The position numbers and the translations under genes are program-made. The notes below the pieces were generated by a model. The model saw only the letters and a program-made list of their open reading frames with translations, was not told the origin of the DNA and did no database searches. 64,000 bases of DNA from a virus, in IMG/VR virus record IMGVR_UViG_3300012663_000526, positions 32,001-96,000 of that record, one strand, 5' to 3'. Below, one piece after another: positions 38,746 to 49,604 of this stretch (the stretch's first letter is position 1; the number at the start of each line of letters is the position of its first letter).

Positions 38746-41718
38746 TTGATAAGCATCCCAGCATTAACACAGATCCTATCTGAGAATACATCAGTAAAGG
38801 CATTGCCTAAAGTCATATTTGAATACAATATGAATGAGATGGCTGGTACAGTTGAAGTTACAACTTCTTCTACTCAATCAGATATTATAAAAGAACTTTT
38901 CCCAGCTAAGTCTATAGTTCAATCATTTAGACCATCAAAGGCTGGCGTTAGATACGCAATCCTAGGCACAGGCCTTACTCTTGGCACATATAAGACTAAA
39001 GTAATACCTACAACAAGAACGTATATGGTGGATAAGAATATCCCATATACCTATTTCTTAGCTCAAGGTAGCGCTGTTGCAGTTGTATCATATAAGAATA
39101 AAGCTGGAACAGCAGCTCAAAATATATTGACCAATAAGATATCTGTTAGAGTAGAGACTGGTCATGGCTCAAATGCAATAGCAATTGGATCACTATACAC
39201 TGGAGCAATTCCTTCAAGTGGAGTAGTAGACATCTGGTATAACGGAACAGCCTGGACTACAACAGAACCATCAACATATGCAGCACCACAATCAATATCA
39301 ACTTTGACAGTGACTGTATCTGGTGGAACATTTAATTCAATTATAGAGGTTTCTCCAAAGTACGTGCTTGATGTAACCAATAGAGTTATCTCAGTATCTG
39401 TTGACAAAGATGACTCAATGAATGATGACAAGCTGCCAGTAGGAATGCTTACGGCAAATGCAGCATCAATAAATCTATCAACTATAGTTCAAGATGATAT
39501 GGTTCAATTCCTTCGTGGTGATGCAATTGTCTCAAACAAAGTAATGATAACAAATAATATAAAATGTACAATTAGATTTATTATTGAAGATACGCACTCT
39601 GTTCAGCAGGGGGTATTCTATATTAATGACTACAGCTCTGATGACTACGGAAACTATTCAATTAAAGCATTAGACGTAGCTAAGTTTTTACAGGAGATAC
39701 CTTGCCCAGAGATAATGCTACAAGATTCATCATTTCAGGCAATCATGTGGAGAATGCTTGACTCAGTAGGATTTGTAGACTATGATTTTTCAAAATGTAC
39801 ATCCGATGTACTAACCTGTAGATATTGGTGGGGAGATTCAAACAAGTCTGTATGGCAAGCAATACAAGAAATTTGTAGAGAAAGCCAAACGGTAGCATAC
39901 GTAAATGAATCTGGAACCTTAGTCTTTGTAGATAGAAATACATTCTATAGCTCAATACCAAACTACACATGGACATTTAGATCAACCCCACTTGCAAACA
40001 TGAAGCCAGACATTATTAGTCTGTCATCTTCATCCAGACCAACAACCAATGCGGTTAGAATTAAATATAATGTTCCTACAACAAGTTCTCAAGAAGCATC
40101 TTCTCAGCCACTGTGGACTGAGCAATCCCCATCCACACTATTTGCTGCTCCGTATAAAGGAATATCTTCAGGATACATTCTGTATCCAGAAAGAGGTGTA
40201 TTCTCAGATGTCATTCCGACAAGGTTTAATTCGTTTGTTTTGATCGGCGGAGAGATAATAGAGTATGACGCCATAAGATTCCAATCACCAGATGGAGAAG
40301 TAGACATTTCTTCTGCAGGTCAGTATCTTGAATTAAGAGCCAAGCATAATAATAATTTAAAGCCAGTGGGCAAGCTAAAGATAAAGGCAAGAAATGTATT
40401 TGGAACTCCAAATACTACTGCAAACCCAGTACAATCCCCAACAGCAATTTTAGATGGATACTCAGCAAAACAGATTAAGCTAGGAACTACAACCAATAAT
40501 ACCGTTGCACTAGCCAAGGTTTGCTCAATGAATCAATCTGGGAACAACATGTCAGCACTATCAATAAGTGCATCAGGATCAAAAGATGATCTTTATGTAG
40601 TTAGTAAGACATTCCCAAATATAGTAGACTCAGAGTTTTTTCAGGTAGGAACTGCAATAGGATTTGAATTGGCATCTGCTACCCAAATAGGTATACAGCA
40701 AACTTCTGGAATGACATTTTTCTGGAACTCAACCACTAACAGCGGATACTTACTTCTTCTTTATTCAACTAGAGCAGCACAAGATGTAAAGCAAAAATCT
40801 GAATCGGCGCTATACAAGGTTACAAATGGTTCAGCTGTTCTTCTATCAAGTGTAACATCTAATATATTTGAGCAGTCTTTTTATGGGCTTGATATTTTAG
40901 TCCACAAAGAGTCTGGAAAAAATACAATATTTATTAGTATAAACGGAAGCACTCTTGAGTATGAAGATACATCTAATCCTGTAGCAGCAACATCAACCAT
41001 AGGTCTTGTGGCTGGAGGACAATCAACGGCATACTTTGATTATCTATATTCATTAAAAAGAGACGCATTTGTTTTAGACATATCTGCATCAAGAACTAAT
41101 GGAAAATTATTAGCAAACTCATTCTTTCAAAAATTTACATACGACTCAGCCACATCAAGCACTTTAAAGTATGATGAATTTGGTGATGTAATTAGAGAAC
41201 TTTATAAGGCAGAGGCTCAATACGACTCTGCATATGCAATTGCTGCTCAAGCCTCAGATGGACTAGCTCAAGTTGTTGGCCAAAGGCTTGGATACTACAA
41301 AGGCGAGTTCTACGTATTTAACACATCCTCATCCACCCTTGCTCTGGCAGGCGGAGATGGAAAAGACTTATTTGTATATGGAGTATCAGTAGCCAATGCA
41401 GGACAAAACTTTTATAACTCAGACGACAAGATAACTGATGTTAAGCAGATCACATCCTTTGATTCACAATGGATTCAAAGTAAAGAGGCTGCTAAAAGCC
41501 TATCAGACTTCCTAACAAAACAATGGTCAAAGTCGACAATTGATATTGATATGGAGATATTTGGTAATCCAGTGTTGCAGGTTGGAGATATAGTAACAAT
41601 TAACTATCCAGAGCGAGGATTTGATGGATCTGGCAAATTTGTGATTAGGTCTATATCCCACTCAATGGATGTTGGAATAAATACTAAGCTTAAACTACGT
41701 TCGATTTATTCGGCTTAA
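38746..41718 (+). CDS. Tail tip/hub minor tail protein
   Basis: G.FY, VWQAIQE, G.L.F, C-terminal S.WIQS...A...GNP.LQ.GD.V.I. Confidence 0.75.
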   Translation: MISIPALTQILSENTSVKALPKVIFEYNMNEMAGTVEVTTSSTQSDIIKELFPAKSIVQSFRPSKAGVRYAILGTGLTLGTYKTKVIPTTRTYMVDKNIPYTYFLAQGSAVAVVSYKNKAGTAAQNILTNKISVRVETGHGSNAIAIGSLYTGAIPSSGVVDIWYNGTAWTTTEPSTYAAPQSISTLTVTVSGGTFNSIIEVSPKYVLDVTNRVISVSVDKDDSMNDDKLPVGMLTANAASINLSTIVQDDMVQFLRGDAIVSNKVMITNNIKCTIRFIIEDTHSVQQGVFYINDYSSDDYGNYSIKALDVAKFLQEIPCPEIMLQDSSFQAIMWRMLDSVGFVDYDFSKCTSDVLTCRYWWGDSNKSVWQAIQEICRESQTVAYVNESGTLVFVDRNTFYSSIPNYTWTFRSTPLANMKPDIISLSSSSRPTTNAVRIKYNVPTTSSQEASSQPLWTEQSPSTLFAAPYKGISSGYILYPERGVFSDVIPTRFNSFVLIGGEIIEYDAIRFQSPDGEVDISSAGQYLELRAKHNNNLKPVGKLKIKARNVFGTPNTTANPVQSPTAILDGYSAKQIKLGTTTNNTVALAKVCSMNQSGNNMSALSISASGSKDDLYVVSKTFPNIVDSEFFQVGTAIGFELASATQIGIQQTSGMTFFWNSTTNSGYLLLLYSTRAAQDVKQKSESALYKVTNGSAVLLSSVTSNIFEQSFYGLDILVHKESGKNTIFISINGSTLEYEDTSNPVAATSTIGLVAGGQSTAYFDYLYSLKRDAFVLDISASRTNGKLLANSFFQKFTYDSATSSTLKYDEFGDVIRELYKAEAQYDSAYAIAAQASDGLAQVVGQRLGYYKGEFYVFNTSSSTLALAGGDGKDLFVYGVSVANAGQNFYNSDDKITDVKQITSFDSQWIQSKEAAKSLSDFLTKQWSKSTIDIDMEIFGNPVLQVGDIVTINYPERGFDGSGKFVIRSISHSMDVGINTKLKLRSIYSA

Positions 41719-41720
41719 AT

Positions 41721-41729
41721 TGGTATAAT
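41721..41729 (+). promoter_or_regulatory. Extended -10 promoter (TGGTATAAT)
   Basis: 9 nt upstream of ATG 41739. Confidence 0.55.
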
Positions 41730-41738
41730 GGAGATATA

Positions 41739-42164
41739 ATGACAAAAAACACGCCAACAATTCATGAGGTCAAAGACAAGCCAAAGATTGTCGTAGACAA
41801 AAACTCCCCTGCCGCCTTCCTTGTCTCATCAAAATTTATTAAGCCAGAGGACACATATAAGATATCTGGAAGATCTATGGCTGAGTTCACAGAAGAGAAC
41901 CCAGAGGGCGAAGAGCCAGGTGAGGGAAATCTTACAGGCGAAGGGGCAATTAAAGCACCAGAGTTCACAGATATTTTCTTAAAGTATAATAATTCATTTG
42001 AGAATGTAAATTCTTCAAACAAATACGGAAAGCTATACAACGTATCAGGAACCAGCAGAGCTTTAGTAGAGCTAGAGTTTAAGATAATGATCCCTCTTGA
42101 GCTAGCTGATGTTATTACTGGAATTGAAATATTATCTGACAATGAGGTGGTTTCTGAGATATGA
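41739..42164 (+). CDS. Hypothetical tail-region protein
   Basis: ORF in tail tip operon with its own promoter. Confidence 0.6.
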   Translation: MTKNTPTIHEVKDKPKIVVDKNSPAAFLVSSKFIKPEDTYKISGRSMAEFTEENPEGEEPGEGNLTGEGAIKAPEFTDIFLKYNNSFENVNSSNKYGKLYNVSGTSRALVELEFKIMIPLELADVITGIEILSDNEVVSEI

Positions 42165-43054
42165 TAACTGGATATTATGTAATTAAAGATGGAGATAAAG
42201 AAATCTCTAGATCAAATAACGTGGTTACAACTATAGGTAAAAGACATATACTTAACTATCTAGCAGATAAAATCTCTGATAGGTCTAGGTCTATTGGAGT
42301 TGGAATTGGATCTTCAACAGCAACTCAGGCAGACTATAAGCTAGAGTTTGAAATAAACAAGTATAAGGTTTATACATCAACTATAGACTATGCAAACAAC
42401 ACTATAATTATGAAAGCCCAACTACCTTTGCAGTTGGCCGCAACAATAAGTGAGCTTGCACTATTTCCTGGAACATCTTCAGAGAGATCATCTGATAACA
42501 GAGTCATAACATTTTTTAATAACGATGCTACATGGACTAATGGTCTTTATGTTTCGGAGTCTTCAAATTCTAAAATTAATAATACATCGTTTCAAATAAC
42601 ATCCTCAAGTGGTACTGCTGTGGTAGCTACATCAACAGATATACCATTTGACATATCTGGATACTCAACAGACGATTCTATATCATTGGCTTTTAAGCAA
42701 AGCGATGCAAACCTACAAAGAATAGTTATAAAGCTATATTCATCAGACACAGATTATTACTCATATACAATCAACGGAACTGCATCAGTTGGACATAGAA
42801 TTGTAGAGGTCCCACTAGTAGATTTTCTTGCTAATCCAGTGGGTGATCCAAAAGATTCAATAAGCAAGATTTCAATAGAAGTTAAGGCAAACACATCAAC
42901 AACATCAGTAGTAGATTTTGACGGAATAAGAATAAATGACAATGATACTTATGTGCAAGAAACAGGAGCTATAAGTAGAGCTGCATTATCAGTACCAATT
43001 ATAAAAGAGTTTGGAAGAATATTAGACTTAGAGTATAGGCTGGTGATTGCATAG
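42161..43054 (+). CDS. Minor tail protein (fibre attachment-like)
   Basis: N.VTT.GK..I..YL...IG.G......DY.L.FE...I.E..L, as in fibre-anchor proteins. Confidence 0.65.
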   Translation: MITGYYVIKDGDKEISRSNNVVTTIGKRHILNYLADKISDRSRSIGVGIGSSTATQADYKLEFEINKYKVYTSTIDYANNTIIMKAQLPLQLAATISELALFPGTSSERSSDNRVITFFNNDATWTNGLYVSESSNSKINNTSFQITSSSGTAVVATSTDIPFDISGYSTDDSISLAFKQSDANLQRIVIKLYSSDTDYYSYTINGTASVGHRIVEVPLVDFLANPVGDPKDSISKISIEVKANTSTTSVVDFDGIRINDNDTYVQETGAISRAALSVPIIKEFGRILDLEYRLVIA

Positions 43055-45348
43055 TGCCACTAGAATCAGGAAAGTCGTCATTTGCAGCACAGCAAGCTCA
43101 GTCATATAAACTTGCTAAGTTGCCTGACAGGGCACCAGGAGTTGAAGAAAGATTCTTCATAAGGTACATAGGTAAAGATGAAGAAGGTAATAAAATAATT
43201 GGAGACTTGTCTCCTGCATTAGTTTTTACAAATGCTGGACTTGAGACTAAGGTATTTCCAGCTCCTTCCCTTACTCTTACAGCACAGTCATTCTCCTACC
43301 TTGCGGCATGGGAAAAGCCAAGCTCTTCTGTATATCCAAACTATTTGTATACAGAGGTATATGAATCTACAACATTAAATAATTTTACAGCCCAGCAACT
43401 AACAGACCCAGCAGTTGGCGGAATGGGAACTTTTACCTCAAACTCTGTTGTTATACCAACTGGAGCTTCATTAACTCTTAGATATGTAAAGATAAGACAT
43501 GTTATGACATCTAATGGTGTTTTAGTGTATAGTCCTTTATCTGCTGCAGCAACAGTAACTCCAACAACTCCAGATGCTTCAGATCAAACTCCACCAGATG
43601 TTCCAACAGGATTTGCGGCAACTGGATATAATGACACTACAGATCCATCTGGAAACACTGGATATGTATTATTAAGTTGGACGGCTTCATCAGCATCTGA
43701 TGTAAAAGGATATACGGTAAAGTTTGGAAGAACGGCTTCTACACTAGATACATACATGACATTTGGAAAAGTTACTAATGGTAGACTTGATAACTTAAGA
43801 GCAGGCACAACATACTACTTTGCAATTGCATCAAATGATGGTGTAAATAATAGTACATTTTCTTCAACAATTTCTGCTTCAGTTCCAGCAGATGCTACTG
43901 CCCCAGTAGCGCCAAGTGGATTATCTGCAGTAGCTGGATTAAATAATATAATTGCTTATTGGAATAGAAACTCCGAAACAGACGTAGATCTTGGAAGAGG
44001 AACATATCAGTTCCAGTTAGCTACAGCAAACACATTTCTTCCTGCAAACATACTTTATGACAGATCTGGATCGGCAACAGTAGCATCATTTACTGGCCTT
44101 ACAACTGGAACAGCATATTATATTAGAGTAAGAGCAATTGATTCTACTGGTAACGTAGGGGCATGGTCATCTGTAGCAAGTGCAACTCCAGGAACAGTTT
44201 CTGCTCAGTCGTTGTTAACATCTGGAACTATTGTGGGAGATTTGATTGCTGCAGATACAATTGTTGGATCAAAAATTATTTCTGACAGCATTGATGCTAA
44301 TAGACTGAAAACAAACACTGCCTTAGTTGGAGTTTTAAATGTTGGTGCAACTAACGGAATAACAATTGATGGTAATTCAGCAAATAGGTCTATATATATC
44401 GGTGCAGGAACTTATGGAAATGCAAATACCCCTTTTTATGCTGCAAATGTATCTGGTATAGGTAAGTTCAGTCTTGGAGATAAATTAACTTGGGATGGAG
44501 CTAATTTAGCAATCAGCGGCGCAGTTAGCATAACATCAAACACCACGCTTGGCGCAGACCTAGGAATTATAAATGCAAGCGGTACGATATATCTTGGGGC
44601 AAGTAAATTTGCAACCAATGATAGAATTTTATTGAATAGCGGAGGGCTATTTGCATATCCATCTGGAAGTAATACTCCAAACTTTGCATTATCAAATGAT
44701 GGAACAGCAGTATTTAGAAATTCTATATCAACTGGAGGAACATATCCTTTAGTACTTGATGGACAAAATGATAGAATTGTATTTAGTAATGGTGGCGCAG
44801 GATTTACTCTAGATCAAGATGCTGAAACTGTAACAACTTATAGTATTACAGGATATACCACTGATACTGGAGACAGCGATGATTTTTGGTACAATAGATA
44901 CTATGCAACATGGATTCCTATTTATACTACATCTGTTACAGAAGCCAACTCTATATCTTTAAAAAGAACTGCCTCTGGAGGCGCTCAGCCATCTCTAACT
45001 CTTTCTACTGCTGGAACAGGTTTTACTAGAATTAAAAATGTGTCTTCTGATACTTCAATGTCTGAAATTTTGTTATCTGACGGAGGTATACAATTAAATG
45101 CTGGAGTTAAGGGTGGATACAAAATAGAAAACCTAGCAAGCGCCCCACACTTAACTTATACTGGATATCAAACTGGATCTAATGCTGAAATAGGAGTTTC
45201 TGTAATAATAAAGTCTGATGGTACTTTAACAACTGGAAGAGCTTTTTATAAAAGCAACGGATCAGAAAGTTCAATAACAAATGTTAACAACCCAGTTTGG
45301 CCTGGAGTAGGTTTAATTGGCGATATTATATTTAGCACATCAGACTAG
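43054..45348 (+). CDS. Tail protein with fibronectin type III domains
   Basis: D.TPP.VPTG...LSWTAS...GY.V...L..GTTYYF.I.S...N.S; two to three Fn3 units. Confidence 0.8.
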   Translation: MPLESGKSSFAAQQAQSYKLAKLPDRAPGVEERFFIRYIGKDEEGNKIIGDLSPALVFTNAGLETKVFPAPSLTLTAQSFSYLAAWEKPSSSVYPNYLYTEVYESTTLNNFTAQQLTDPAVGGMGTFTSNSVVIPTGASLTLRYVKIRHVMTSNGVLVYSPLSAAATVTPTTPDASDQTPPDVPTGFAATGYNDTTDPSGNTGYVLLSWTASSASDVKGYTVKFGRTASTLDTYMTFGKVTNGRLDNLRAGTTYYFAIASNDGVNNSTFSSTISASVPADATAPVAPSGLSAVAGLNNIIAYWNRNSETDVDLGRGTYQFQLATANTFLPANILYDRSGSATVASFTGLTTGTAYYIRVRAIDSTGNVGAWSSVASATPGTVSAQSLLTSGTIVGDLIAADTIVGSKIISDSIDANRLKTNTALVGVLNVGATNGITIDGNSANRSIYIGAGTYGNANTPFYAANVSGIGKFSLGDKLTWDGANLAISGAVSITSNTTLGADLGIINASGTIYLGASKFATNDRILLNSGGLFAYPSGSNTPNFALSNDGTAVFRNSISTGGTYPLVLDGQNDRIVFSNGGAGFTLDQDAETVTTYSITGYTTDTGDSDDFWYNRYYATWIPIYTTSVTEANSISLKRTASGGAQPSLTLSTAGTGFTRIKNVSSDTSMSEILLSDGGIQLNAGVKGGYKIENLASAPHLTYTGYQTGSNAEIGVSVIIKSDGTLTTGRAFYKSNGSESSITNVNNPVWPGVGLIGDIIFSTSD

Positions 45349-45361
45349 ATAGGAAATAAAT

Positions 45362-48300
45362 ATGGCTGGGAAAAGCTACCTAAAAAATGATTCTGGCAAT
45401 TGGGCCAGAATTAAAAAAATGTACATCAAGACTGGTGGTACAACATGGACTGCTATAAGAAAAGCCTATCTAAAAAATGAACAGGGTCTTTGGAAAAAAG
45501 TATTTGATACTGGAAGCAATAGGCCATTTATTAGAGGCGGCGATTTTCCAAAAATTAGATTAAATACTTATAGAACAAATAGTGGGTCTGCAGGAACTAT
45601 AAACCCTGTTATTGAAGCGCCACCAGTTCAATTTGCTGGACCAAGATCTAATAACGTTCAGGGAGTTACTGAAGCTCAACCAGTAGAAGGATACCCAGAC
45701 GATAACATGGGAACTATGCTATTTGGATACGATGGTGATTGGGTCTCTGGAAATGGTACTTCTATGACCGCATCATATGCTTGGTTTTATAATAATGATG
45801 GAAATCCAAATGTTTTAGAGCCGTTTACAAATACTAACCCAACTTATAATGATAGAGTAACTAATGACTCAACCAGATTTAAAGATAAACTTACTGGATT
45901 TCTTTATGGATGCTCAGTTTATTTTAGAGTAACGCAGACAAATTCTGCTGGATCAGCTTCAGAAGTTAGCGTTCCAGTTAGAATAATTAAACAACCACCA
46001 AACAATTTTACTTTTGTTATGACCGCCCCAGGATTTGGAGCAATAGGTGCCCCTAAAGTAGTAACAATTGCTGGAGAAAATTTATGGTATAACGCACCAG
46101 ACCAGTATGAATCAAAAATAGAATGGTTCTCTGAAGATAGCATAAACTCACCATTATTAAATTCTACAACACTTGTTAAGACACAAACTTTATCGTCAAC
46201 TACCGCAACAACAGAAGGTGATGGAACTGCAATAAATGACACAAGTAGCTATACCCCTAGCCAATCAAATCCTAGAGGGTATTCAGATTCAAATAAGTAT
46301 TTGTTTGCAAGATTAACCTTGAAAAATAGCGGAACAGAGTATACTGGAAACCAAAGGGTATTTACAGTAAACATGACTTCTCAGGTTGGAACAGTTAATG
46401 AAAAAACTCCACAGTGGGGAGAAGAAATTTATGTATCTACAAACGGCTTCATCGGCCTTGCTGGATCTACTAGTAACTCTTCGATATCTGATACCAGTAC
46501 TAATGGTCACGTACTAAGTTTTTTAAATAGAGATTTAAAGCAAAACAATTTAAGGTATTGGGCTGATACAACAAAATATATAGTTGATTGGTCTGGAAGG
46601 CTTTACGACGCAGCATCTGCTACCGTGACATATAGGTATCAAGCCCATTTCTATCCAGGGCAAAACTATGTTGACGTTTACTTTATAAATTATGCAGGGG
46701 GCGCTTCAACAAATGCCTACCTATTCAATGGTCAGCAACAAGTTCCCTGGATACCAAGATCTGCTAGCTCGGCTTTTAGAATAAATATTAAGAGTGGCGT
46801 TGCAGTTGAAGCAATAACATATAATCCTACACCTACTACAGACTTTATAGCAGTACCAACAATGAATGAGGCTGATGATGCGGTAACAACATTAACATTG
46901 ACTAAAGGTGTTGCAAAGCCAGTAAACCAAGTAAACCCAGAGTTTCAGTTGGTATCTGGAAATGCAAATAAAGTTGGGGCCACTTATAGACTTACTAGTG
47001 GAACTTGGTCGGAAAGCCCAACAGAATATAATTATTATATTATCAAAAATGATATCAATGGAACGACATTAGCAAATAGCGGTTGGACAACAAGCACATC
47101 CTACAACTATACTTTTACTGCTACCAGCACACAAACTGTATCAGGATACGTTCTTGCAAGAAATGCTGGAGGAGAAGGCATTGGTGCTTATGCAACTTCT
47201 ATTGGTCCAATTACAATAGACTTTACGCCACCAAACCCAACAGGAGTAACTTGGAATGGAACAACCTTTACTGTAAGTTTTACTGGAGGAGCAGGACCGT
47301 ATTACCAGCTTTGGTATGTTAACTCTACTTCTCCAACTGCACCTACGGTAGATACGGGATATGATTCTTCTGGACTTCTTCCAACATCTCCTGGATCTGT
47401 AACCTATACTCCAGGATTTACTCCTTCTGCAGGAGACACATACAACTTTTGGCTTAGATCAGCAACATCTGCAACTGCATCATCTCCCAATGTTGATAAA
47501 GGTCCATATAGCTCAAACTCTGTATCTGTTGTTATTCCTGGCCCAGCAGCGTTTTCAATCTCTATTTTTGATAGCACTGCAACTCCAACTCAGCCAAGTC
47601 TTTCAACAAGCTACACGTCTCCCAATGTAAATATTGATTGGGCAGATGATACCGTTGCAACTGGAGGTTGGCAGAGCTCTATCAGTGGTGGAACGCAAGG
47701 AACAAGAACAAATACAAGATCTGTATCAAATGACTTTTGGTCAGTAACTGAAGGAAGTTCTTATTCTGGGTCGGTGTATGCAATAAATTCAAATAAGACT
47801 GTAACTATGTCCTGGGGAAATGTTGCTGGCGCAGTCAGCTATAGACTAGACTATGACATAAATGGAGGAACAACTCAAACACTAACAAACCTTACCTCAA
47901 CTAGCCATACAGTAACAACTACTGGAGCGGTGAGAGTTCTTGGAATACGAGCATACTCAGGAGCAAATAATACTGGTGTGATGAGATTGGGATCTTATGA
48001 TAACCAGCTTTCTATAACTCCTACAAATAAAATTTCTGCAACATCAAATTGGTCTTTGACAATTCCAGTTACTCCAATTATTCCAACTATAACAATAGCA
48101 GCAAACAGCGGAGTAACTCAAAACGCTGGAACTATCAACTGGACATCTACAAATCAAGCAAAATATAGCGTAAACGGAACATTTGCCGTGGCAGAAACAG
48201 CATCTACTACAGCAAGGTCTGTATCAAAAACTGGACTTACAGCCTCAACAACATACACTGGAAGAATTATTGTTACTTCTTCTACTGGTGATACTGCATT

Positions 48301-48865
48301 TGCAGACTATAGTCTTAGAACTTCAGATCCAGCAACTAACTATACTATTACATATAACTCTAATGGTGGAACTGGAACCATGGCGGATACAGTTGGAAAT
48401 GGTTCAGTTACCTTGAGGTCAAATTCATTTACTAGAACAAATTGCAACTTTGCTGGATGGGCAACTTCAGCAGGAGGAGCAGTTGTCTACGCAAACCAAG
48501 CTGCATATACATTATCGGCAGACGCAACTTTGTACGCAAAGTGGACAGCAAGAACAGTTAGTGCGGCAGCTCCATCAAACTTTGCTTTTGATGGAAATAT
48601 AACTGCTAGCACAAAAAGATGGTCTTGGAGTGCTCAGACAACTGTAACTAACGGAACCTTTGTTAGCTATAGGTGGGAGCTTTCAACCACAAATCCTAAC
48701 GCAGCTGGCTGGGATGGAGTGTTTACAACTGGAACTCAGGCAGCTACTAGCCGTACCATAACAGTTACAAATGCTGCTTCAAACCCTAGATGGATGAGGG
48801 TATGCGTCAATGCTACAGACGGATTAGGGGCAGCAGTCAACGGCAGCTTTACAGCCTGGAAGTAG
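45362..48865 (+). CDS. Tail fibre/adhesin with Ig/Fn3-like modules and an InlB B-repeat (Listeria-Bacteroides repeat)
   Basis: YTITYNSNGGTG.M......F.R....F.GW.T.......Y.......TLYAKW; N-terminal triple Y.K....W motif. Confidence 0.75.
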   Translation: MAGKSYLKNDSGNWARIKKMYIKTGGTTWTAIRKAYLKNEQGLWKKVFDTGSNRPFIRGGDFPKIRLNTYRTNSGSAGTINPVIEAPPVQFAGPRSNNVQGVTEAQPVEGYPDDNMGTMLFGYDGDWVSGNGTSMTASYAWFYNNDGNPNVLEPFTNTNPTYNDRVTNDSTRFKDKLTGFLYGCSVYFRVTQTNSAGSASEVSVPVRIIKQPPNNFTFVMTAPGFGAIGAPKVVTIAGENLWYNAPDQYESKIEWFSEDSINSPLLNSTTLVKTQTLSSTTATTEGDGTAINDTSSYTPSQSNPRGYSDSNKYLFARLTLKNSGTEYTGNQRVFTVNMTSQVGTVNEKTPQWGEEIYVSTNGFIGLAGSTSNSSISDTSTNGHVLSFLNRDLKQNNLRYWADTTKYIVDWSGRLYDAASATVTYRYQAHFYPGQNYVDVYFINYAGGASTNAYLFNGQQQVPWIPRSASSAFRINIKSGVAVEAITYNPTPTTDFIAVPTMNEADDAVTTLTLTKGVAKPVNQVNPEFQLVSGNANKVGATYRLTSGTWSESPTEYNYYIIKNDINGTTLANSGWTTSTSYNYTFTATSTQTVSGYVLARNAGGEGIGAYATSIGPITIDFTPPNPTGVTWNGTTFTVSFTGGAGPYYQLWYVNSTSPTAPTVDTGYDSSGLLPTSPGSVTYTPGFTPSAGDTYNFWLRSATSATASSPNVDKGPYSSNSVSVVIPGPAAFSISIFDSTATPTQPSLSTSYTSPNVNIDWADDTVATGGWQSSISGGTQGTRTNTRSVSNDFWSVTEGSSYSGSVYAINSNKTVTMSWGNVAGAVSYRLDYDINGGTTQTLTNLTSTSHTVTTTGAVRVLGIRAYSGANNTGVMRLGSYDNQLSITPTNKISATSNWSLTIPVTPIIPTITIAANSGVTQNAGTINWTSTNQAKYSVNGTFAVAETASTTARSVSKTGLTASTTYTGRIIVTSSTGDTAFADYSLRTSDPATNYTITYNSNGGTGTMADTVGNGSVTLRSNSFTRTNCNFAGWATSAGGAVVYANQAAYTLSADATLYAKWTARTVSAAAPSNFAFDGNITASTKRWSWSAQTTVTNGTFVSYRWELSTTNPNAAGWDGVFTTGTQAATSRTITVTNAASNPRWMRVCVNATDGLGAAVNGSFTAWK

Positions 48866-48882
48866 TATATTTTGACTGAATA

Positions 48883-48891
48883 TGCTATAAT
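48883..48891 (+). promoter_or_regulatory. Extended -10 promoter, leaderless
   Basis: TGCTATAAT, ATG 6 nt downstream at 48898, no SD. Confidence 0.6.
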
Positions 48892-48897
48892 TTAAAG

Positions 48898-49119
48898 ATG
48901 ACAGAGTTTACACGATTATCACAAGAAGATAAGATAAGCATACTTAATGAGAGAATAAGAGCTTTGGAGTATAACTTATATAACTTGCAAGTTGGATTAA
49001 TAGAAGAAAATGCTAGAGAAAACGTAATTCAAGAGAACATTGATAATATAAGCTCTGAGATCCTAGAGACTAACAGATGTATTGATGCTTTAAAATCTGC
49101 CCTGGCTTCTTTGACCTAA
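48898..49119 (+). CDS. Small coiled-coil protein, paralog of 49174-49398
   Basis: LS..DK.S.LN.......NLYNL...L.E.NA is shared. Confidence 0.7.
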   Translation: MTEFTRLSQEDKISILNERIRALEYNLYNLQVGLIEENARENVIQENIDNISSEILETNRCIDALKSALASLT

Positions 49120-49129
49120 TATGATTGAC

Positions 49130-49159
49130 TTGCACAGCACAAGCGTATTGTGATATAAT
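49130..49159 (+). promoter_or_regulatory. sigmaA-type promoter
   Basis: TTGCAC-18-TATAAT with TG extension; GAGGAG SD. Confidence 0.55.
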
Positions 49160-49173
49160 AATAGAGGAGAAAC

Positions 49174-49398
49174 ATGGCAACTACAACTACAACACTAACA
49201 AACGCAGACAAGATGTCTGTATTAAATCAGCACCTAAAGAGTACTGATTTTAGTATCTATAACCTAGAGATTGACCTATTAGAGGCTAATGCAGGAACAG
49301 TAGATACAGAGGCAGTAGCCTCAATAAACTCTAGACTATCAGGACTAACAGCAAAAAGAGCTGTTGTTCAAGCAGAGCTAGATCTATTATCAGAATAG
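49174..49398 (+). CDS. Small coiled-coil protein, paralog of 48898-49119
   Basis: See 48898-49119. Confidence 0.7.
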   Translation: MATTTTTLTNADKMSVLNQHLKSTDFSIYNLEIDLLEANAGTVDTEAVASINSRLSGLTAKRAVVQAELDLLSE

Positions 49399-49406
49399 GA
49401 AAATAA

Positions 49407-49604
49407 ATGGTAGAAAAAGCGGAACTTATAATTACCGCTCTTCAGCAACGTATTGGTGAGATTGTCTCAAATTATGAGACACAAATTGCCATACTCAGAG
49501 CAGAGTTAACAACAGTAATAAACGAATCAGAAAAAGAAAAGGCATTAGATGAGTATTCTGAAGAAATTCTACAAAAGATCTCAGAAGCCACTGACGGTCA
49601 GTAA
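49407..49604 (+). CDS. Small coiled-coil protein
   Basis: ALQQRIGEIVSNYETQIAILRAE. Confidence 0.65.
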   Translation: MVEKAELIITALQQRIGEIVSNYETQIAILRAELTTVINESEKEKALDEYSEEILQKISEATDGQ

